Part shown: positions 59,491-64,000 of the stretch, one piece after another | How the letters are laid out: every line of letters begins with the position of its first letter | How positions within the stretch are numbered: position 1 is the first letter of the stretch | Origin: Stegostoma tigrinum | Taxonomy: Eukaryota | Length of the DNA stretch: 64,000 bases | Assembly (NCBI RefSeq): GCF_030684315.1 | Contig: NC_081394.1 | Coordinates: 6,306,658 to 6,370,657 of the forward strand | Direction of reading: 5' to 3' | Notes under the pieces: model-generated | What the model saw: only the letters and a program-made list of their open reading frames with translations | Database searches by the model: none | What the model was told of the DNA's origin: nothing | Program-made: the position numbers and the translations under genes

Positions 59491-61189
59491 TGTTGCTCCC
59501 AGATATTTCATCAACTTTTCCTTCACGAGCTCTGAAAGTAAATGTACCTCACTTCTTGTCCAACAGCTCTCAAGTGATCCGAACTCCTTTTAGACATTGT
59601 CCTTACAGAGCACGTTGATTCTCTGAGCGTTCAAGGCTTCAAAAAAAAAGCATGTTCCAAAAATTATGTTTCTGCATTTCTCTCATCCTTTGAACAAGAA
59701 AGAAGTCTTATTCTGAGATAGACTTTAGCACCCCTTCTCCATCAGATCTTAATTATAAATTGAAATCTTTGAAAGGCAACTGTCATTATAATCTGTCTTC
59801 ACAAAGTCCCAATATCAGCAAAGGATGATGTTGGCCATGGGAGTGAATTCAAATCATTGTGTTGCTGACCCAGGACCTGCCCAACTGCTTGCCAGGGCGG
59901 TGACTACTGACACAATCTGCATATCATGATTGGCCTCTTCGTGGGCTACGTCCGTTAGTTTCAATAGAAGGAGTTGATGTTTCACTGTGAGTCAATTCAG
60001 GAAGTTGGTTTGATGTGAGAAAGCAGCACTATAAGCTGGCTCCATAAGAAAAATATTAATCTTTGGACTGCAGCTCATTTTCTTGTGTAGCAAACCCAAG
60101 GGACAGATTGGGCATCATCTCACTCTTGTGTAATATACTGGAAGGGACTGAATGGCCTCCTTTTTTATGTGTAACAGACTTGAGGTGGGGGCTGAAAGGA
60201 CCTCCTCATGTTCCTGTGTAACAGGCTTGGGGACTGAATAATCTCCTCTGTCTCTGTCTAACAGGATCCAGAGGATCAAAGATACAAAGAGAGAGAGGTT
60301 TCTATATATGTATATTTCACTCTGCAGCCTCAGATCCATCTCTTACATCTGCTGAAAAGAAACTGGTAGAAATAGCAGGTTGTTTGTCTGGTATTTGTCT
60401 GCTGAATTATGTTTTTGCATGTTTTGTGATTGTAAGTGATGATTCATCTCCAACATGTAAAGACTGTCCTCATGGTGTAAGTGAAATAGACTGCGAGGAA
60501 CTTCGCATTCCTCTGAGGGATGTTCTGTCTGACCACTTAAGTTGCCCTGGGAAAAATGTTGCTTTCACCTCAGACTGTCTCTTGTTTCATCTACATTGGC
60601 TTCATGAAACTTGTCAAAACTGAATGGATCAGGTGATTGCTGTAGCCATTTTATGTCAGTGCTTTAGTCATGTTTTCAAATAATTTGAGGGCAGGGACTC
60701 CCAAGGTGCTCATAAGGTGATGAAATTTAATGATAATAGTCTGTATCTGATAACACTGTGGCAAGTGTAAACATTAGCATGGAGCAGATGGACTGAATGG
60801 CCTGTTTATGCCCGCAGACAGCACATTAATGTATAGATCCATTTAAGAGTAAGCATTTACTGATTTTATACTTGCTGATGGGCCTGTCTCTGAACTTATT
60901 TCACTTTTTGTTGGAGAGCCTTGCATTGACCAGCACTGGTCAGGGGAAAACAGTAGCTCACAGCTTGGGGACAAACTGGCACATTAGATTCTCAAAATCA
61001 ATTCCCAAATAACTGCTGTCCACAACAGGACAGGAATTTTTTGAAATCATCCCTGAACTAGCACCCAAAACATATGAACACCTGTTGCTGTTTGTGGGAA
61101 TTTACCGTGCAGCACTTAGCTGCTACAACTCTCACCTTACAACATTTGAAAAATCACTTTATTGTCTGCAAAGTTTACAGGGATATTCT

Positions 61190-62065
61190 GAGGAGCACAT
61201 ATTGCTCACAAATATTTCAAATGTTCCTGACTAGAACCTTATACAGCCTTAGCAGTACATCTCTGCTTTTGTATTCTAACTGTCTTGAAAAGAATACTAA
61301 CAATTCATTTGCCTTCCTAACTGCCAACAAACCTACATATTAACCTTTAAAGAATCCTGAACTCGAACTCCTAAGTCCCTTTGTGCTCCAGATTTCTGAA
61401 GAATTTTCCTGTTTTGAAAATAATCTATTCTTCCTACCAAAGTGTCTAACCTTGTATACCATCTGTCACTTCTTTGTCTACTCTCCTAGCCTGTCCAAGT
61501 CCTTTGGCAGCCTTCTGGTTCCACAGCAGCACCTATCCCTTCGCCTATCTTTGTGTCATCTGCAAATTGAGCAACAATGCCCTCAGTTCCTTAATCCAGA
61601 TTACTAATGTACAACAGGAATAGCTTTGGTTCCAACTATGACACCTGCAAAACTCCACTTGTCACAGGCTACTATGCTGGAAAAAATGCCTTTATCCCAA
61701 CTCGTCTTCTTCTGTCAGTCAATCAATCCTCTATCTATGCTATTATCTTGCCTCTAAAGCCAAGGGCTCTTATCTTATTTTGCAGCCTCCTGTCAAAGGT
61801 CTATTGGAAATCCAAATAGATCATATTCACTGGCTGTCCTTTGTCCAACTTGTTCATTGCCTCCTCAAAAAAATTCTGATGGATTTGTCAAGCATGACCT
61901 CCCCTTGATGAAGCCATGCTAACTTAACCCCATTTTATCATATGCATCCAAGAACTTCACAATTTCATGCTTAATAATGGATCTAAAATCTTACCAACAA
62001 CCGGGATCAGGCTAACCAGCCTATAGTCTTCTGTCTCTGCCTACCTCCCTTCTTAAACAGGGGTA
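61190..62065 (-). mobile_element. CR1 RT fragment
   Basis: ttgatgaagccatgct (QHGF on the - strand), gtcatctgcaaa (FADD on the - strand). Confidence 0.8.
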
Positions 62066-62289
62066 TTACATCAGCTTTTCTTCTAAGTCTAAGTAAGACT
62101 TCAAACAGGATTAAATGGGGGTGGATAAGCTGATAACATTGATGGACACAGTCGATGCATTTAATGGTTCACATTAAGGGGGGTATTAGAAATTGCTTTA
62201 GGACCAAACTGAAACTTATCACCAGGTTATTATTAACCAGGCATTGCATTATATTGAGCTGTAATGGATTGAGGTGGATAATCTGATCG

Positions 62290-62605
62290 GAACTTAGGAC
62301 GTAGGATAATGTTCCAGGGACATGCGTTTGAATCCCACCATGGCAGATGTTAAAATTTGAACTCACTGAAAGTTGGGAATAAAAAAGTTGGCCATATGTC
62401 CTCAAAGCTACCACTGTTGATTGGTGTAAAAATTCAGCTGATTGACTAATGTCCCTGAGGGAAGGAAATTTGTCATCCTTACCCAGTTTGGCCTATATGT
62501 GACTTCACAACCACAGCAATATGGTTGATAGCTAATTGCCCTCTGGGCCATTAGGGATGGACAATAAATGCCCAGCCAGTGACATTCCCATTCAATAAAA
62601 GAATA
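62290..62605 (+). mobile_element. tRNA-derived SINE with LINE-like 3' tail
   Basis: B-box-like gtttgaatccc; tail attagggatggacaataaatgcccagccagtgac, similar to the LINE end at ~58520. Confidence 0.65.
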
Positions 62606-62822
62606 ACAAAAGTTATGGATGCAATCAAAATGTTCAATCACTGATATTAAAGTATTAAATATTCTTCCAGGACAGAGCTGGAAGCCATCACGAGGTTATT
62701 GAGAATTACACACTACCTGATAAGAAGCTGTGTTGTGTGTTAATGTCACATTGTCATGGTTTGTGTTATTTCCTATTGAGTAGTAGATGTGAATTGTTAG
62801 TAATTACAGCACTGCAACTTGC

Positions 62823-63158
62823 CAGGAATGTGAAGCCAGGTTACAGGAAAGTAACGCTAACTATTCAGTAGCTATAGTTACTTCAGGTGTTAAATTCTAC
62901 TCTGAAATAAAAAGATCTTGCATCTTCCCATCTGATATTGTTTATAATGAGTCTCCATCTTTCAGGTTTCCAGAAATCCGGGCCCAGTGGCAAACTCATA
63001 CTGTGATTTTTGAAGTGAAAGACTATCGACAATGTTCCCCATTTACCACTGTTTATCAGATTCTGACTCGCAGTTAGAAGGATAACTATAAATATATGGA
63101 ATCTGTGCACAGGACCTTTCCTGTACTGTGCAGTGCCAATTTTCCACTCTTGTGGCAG
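62823..63158 (-). pseudogene. Decayed Siglec V-set exon
   Basis: Pieces in different frames: QEWK, ERSCAQIPYIYSYPS, ISGNLKDGD, LIINNIRWEDARSFYFRVEFNT*, YFPVTWLHIP; frameshifts, a stop, lost Cys residues, donor reads G|gcaagt. Confidence 0.85.
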
Positions 63159-63659
63159 GTGGCGAGAGAACTGTCAGTATTTACCAGCCAATGCATTTAA
63201 TTCCTCTTGGCCACCAAGGCCATGCAAATGCCACTAGTACTGTCAGGAGACAAAAGAGTGAATATAATGTGAACATGGGATAGAAGATCAAGTCTATTAA
63301 GAGTCCGTTCATAATGGCACTAATGAAAAATCAGGCTAGCAGTTGATAATGCTCCTTACTTGGCATCAAAAGATGAGTGATTATGGGCTTCATTGTAATC
63401 TCTTTGAAATCTCATTAATTCATAAAATCCCTTTGGATTGAGAACCACACCCTTGCTCCTCTGCAATTTTTCTAATTTTAGCAGAAGAGGTGAAGAAAGA
63501 AAAATAAGAACATCAAATTGTAGACCCTTGTAGTTCTCAAGGAGGCTGTTCAGTCTATTGTCTCTGTGCTGGCTCTTTGAGAGGCTTCGCCAGTTAGTCC
63601 TATCCCTACATCCCTTTCCTATAGCCCTAAGAATGCTTCCCATTCAAATACACCGCCAA

Positions 63660-64000
63660 TTTGAAGTTGAGAAAGTAGTGAATATAGCCGACAGGATCCT
63701 GAACTTTATATACGCAGCATAGAGTACAAGAACAAGGAAGTCATTGTGAACTTTATACACACTGGTTCAGTCTCATCTGGAGTGTTGAGGCCAGTTCAGG
63801 GCACTGCATTTTAGCAAAGATATGAAGGCTTCGGAGAGGCTGTGGAAAAGATACAAGAGAATTCTTCAGGGACTTGACTGAATGTGGAGAGATTGGAGAA
63901 GCTGTAATTGTTCTCAATGGAGAAGGAAACATGAAGAGCAGGTTTAATTGAAGAGTTCAAAATCACTGGAGGTTTCCACTGATTCAAGAGGGAGACACAG
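63660..64000 (+). mobile_element. CR1 3' fragment running off the window
   Basis: atagagtacaagaacaaggaagtc (IEYKNKEV), ctggttcagtctcatctggag (LVQSHLE). Confidence 0.8.

Noticed and set aside
59329-60640. Stop-poor minus-strand frame with a faint resemblance to ITPRIP/Mab-21-like proteins
   Set aside because: Eight internal stops between 60339 and 59329, only impressionistic similarity, and its distal part is better explained as the gene B leader exon; a profile search would be needed to revive it

Overview
Eukaryotic vertebrate genomic DNA. The repeat content (CR1 LINEs, V-SINE and DeuSINE-like elements, Penelope elements) suggests a cartilaginous fish, probably a shark; this is inference. 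The window holds part of a Siglec (CD33/MAG/CD22-like) immune-receptor cluster with two convergently transcribed, spliced genes reconstructed by hand from splice sites and exon phases. Gene A (+ strand, 1686-16484, 5' end upstream of the window) has three near-identical 282-nt C2-set Ig exons, two further Ig exons (the last resembling MAG domain 5), a TM exon and an inhibitory tail (ITIM LTYSQL plus ITSM TDYAQI). Gene B (- strand, 59490-32585) is apparently complete, with 9 coding exons and about 552 aa: leader, V-set domain with the essential sialic-acid-binding Arg, three C2 domains, TM, and a tail with no ITIM but three YxN motifs. A decayed third V-set exon lies at about 62.8-63.2 kb. Introns and intergenic DNA are packed with CR1, CR1/L2-like and Rex1-like LINE remnants, Penelope elements and short fold-back derivatives carrying hammerhead-ribozyme cores, a foamy/loki-retrovirus-like RT remnant, a Gypsy RNase H plus LTR remnant, and a 33-bp minisatellite that appears to derive from a SINE. 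An orphan CpG-island promoter sits at about 27.2 kb. All coordinates were counted by eye and no database searches were run.
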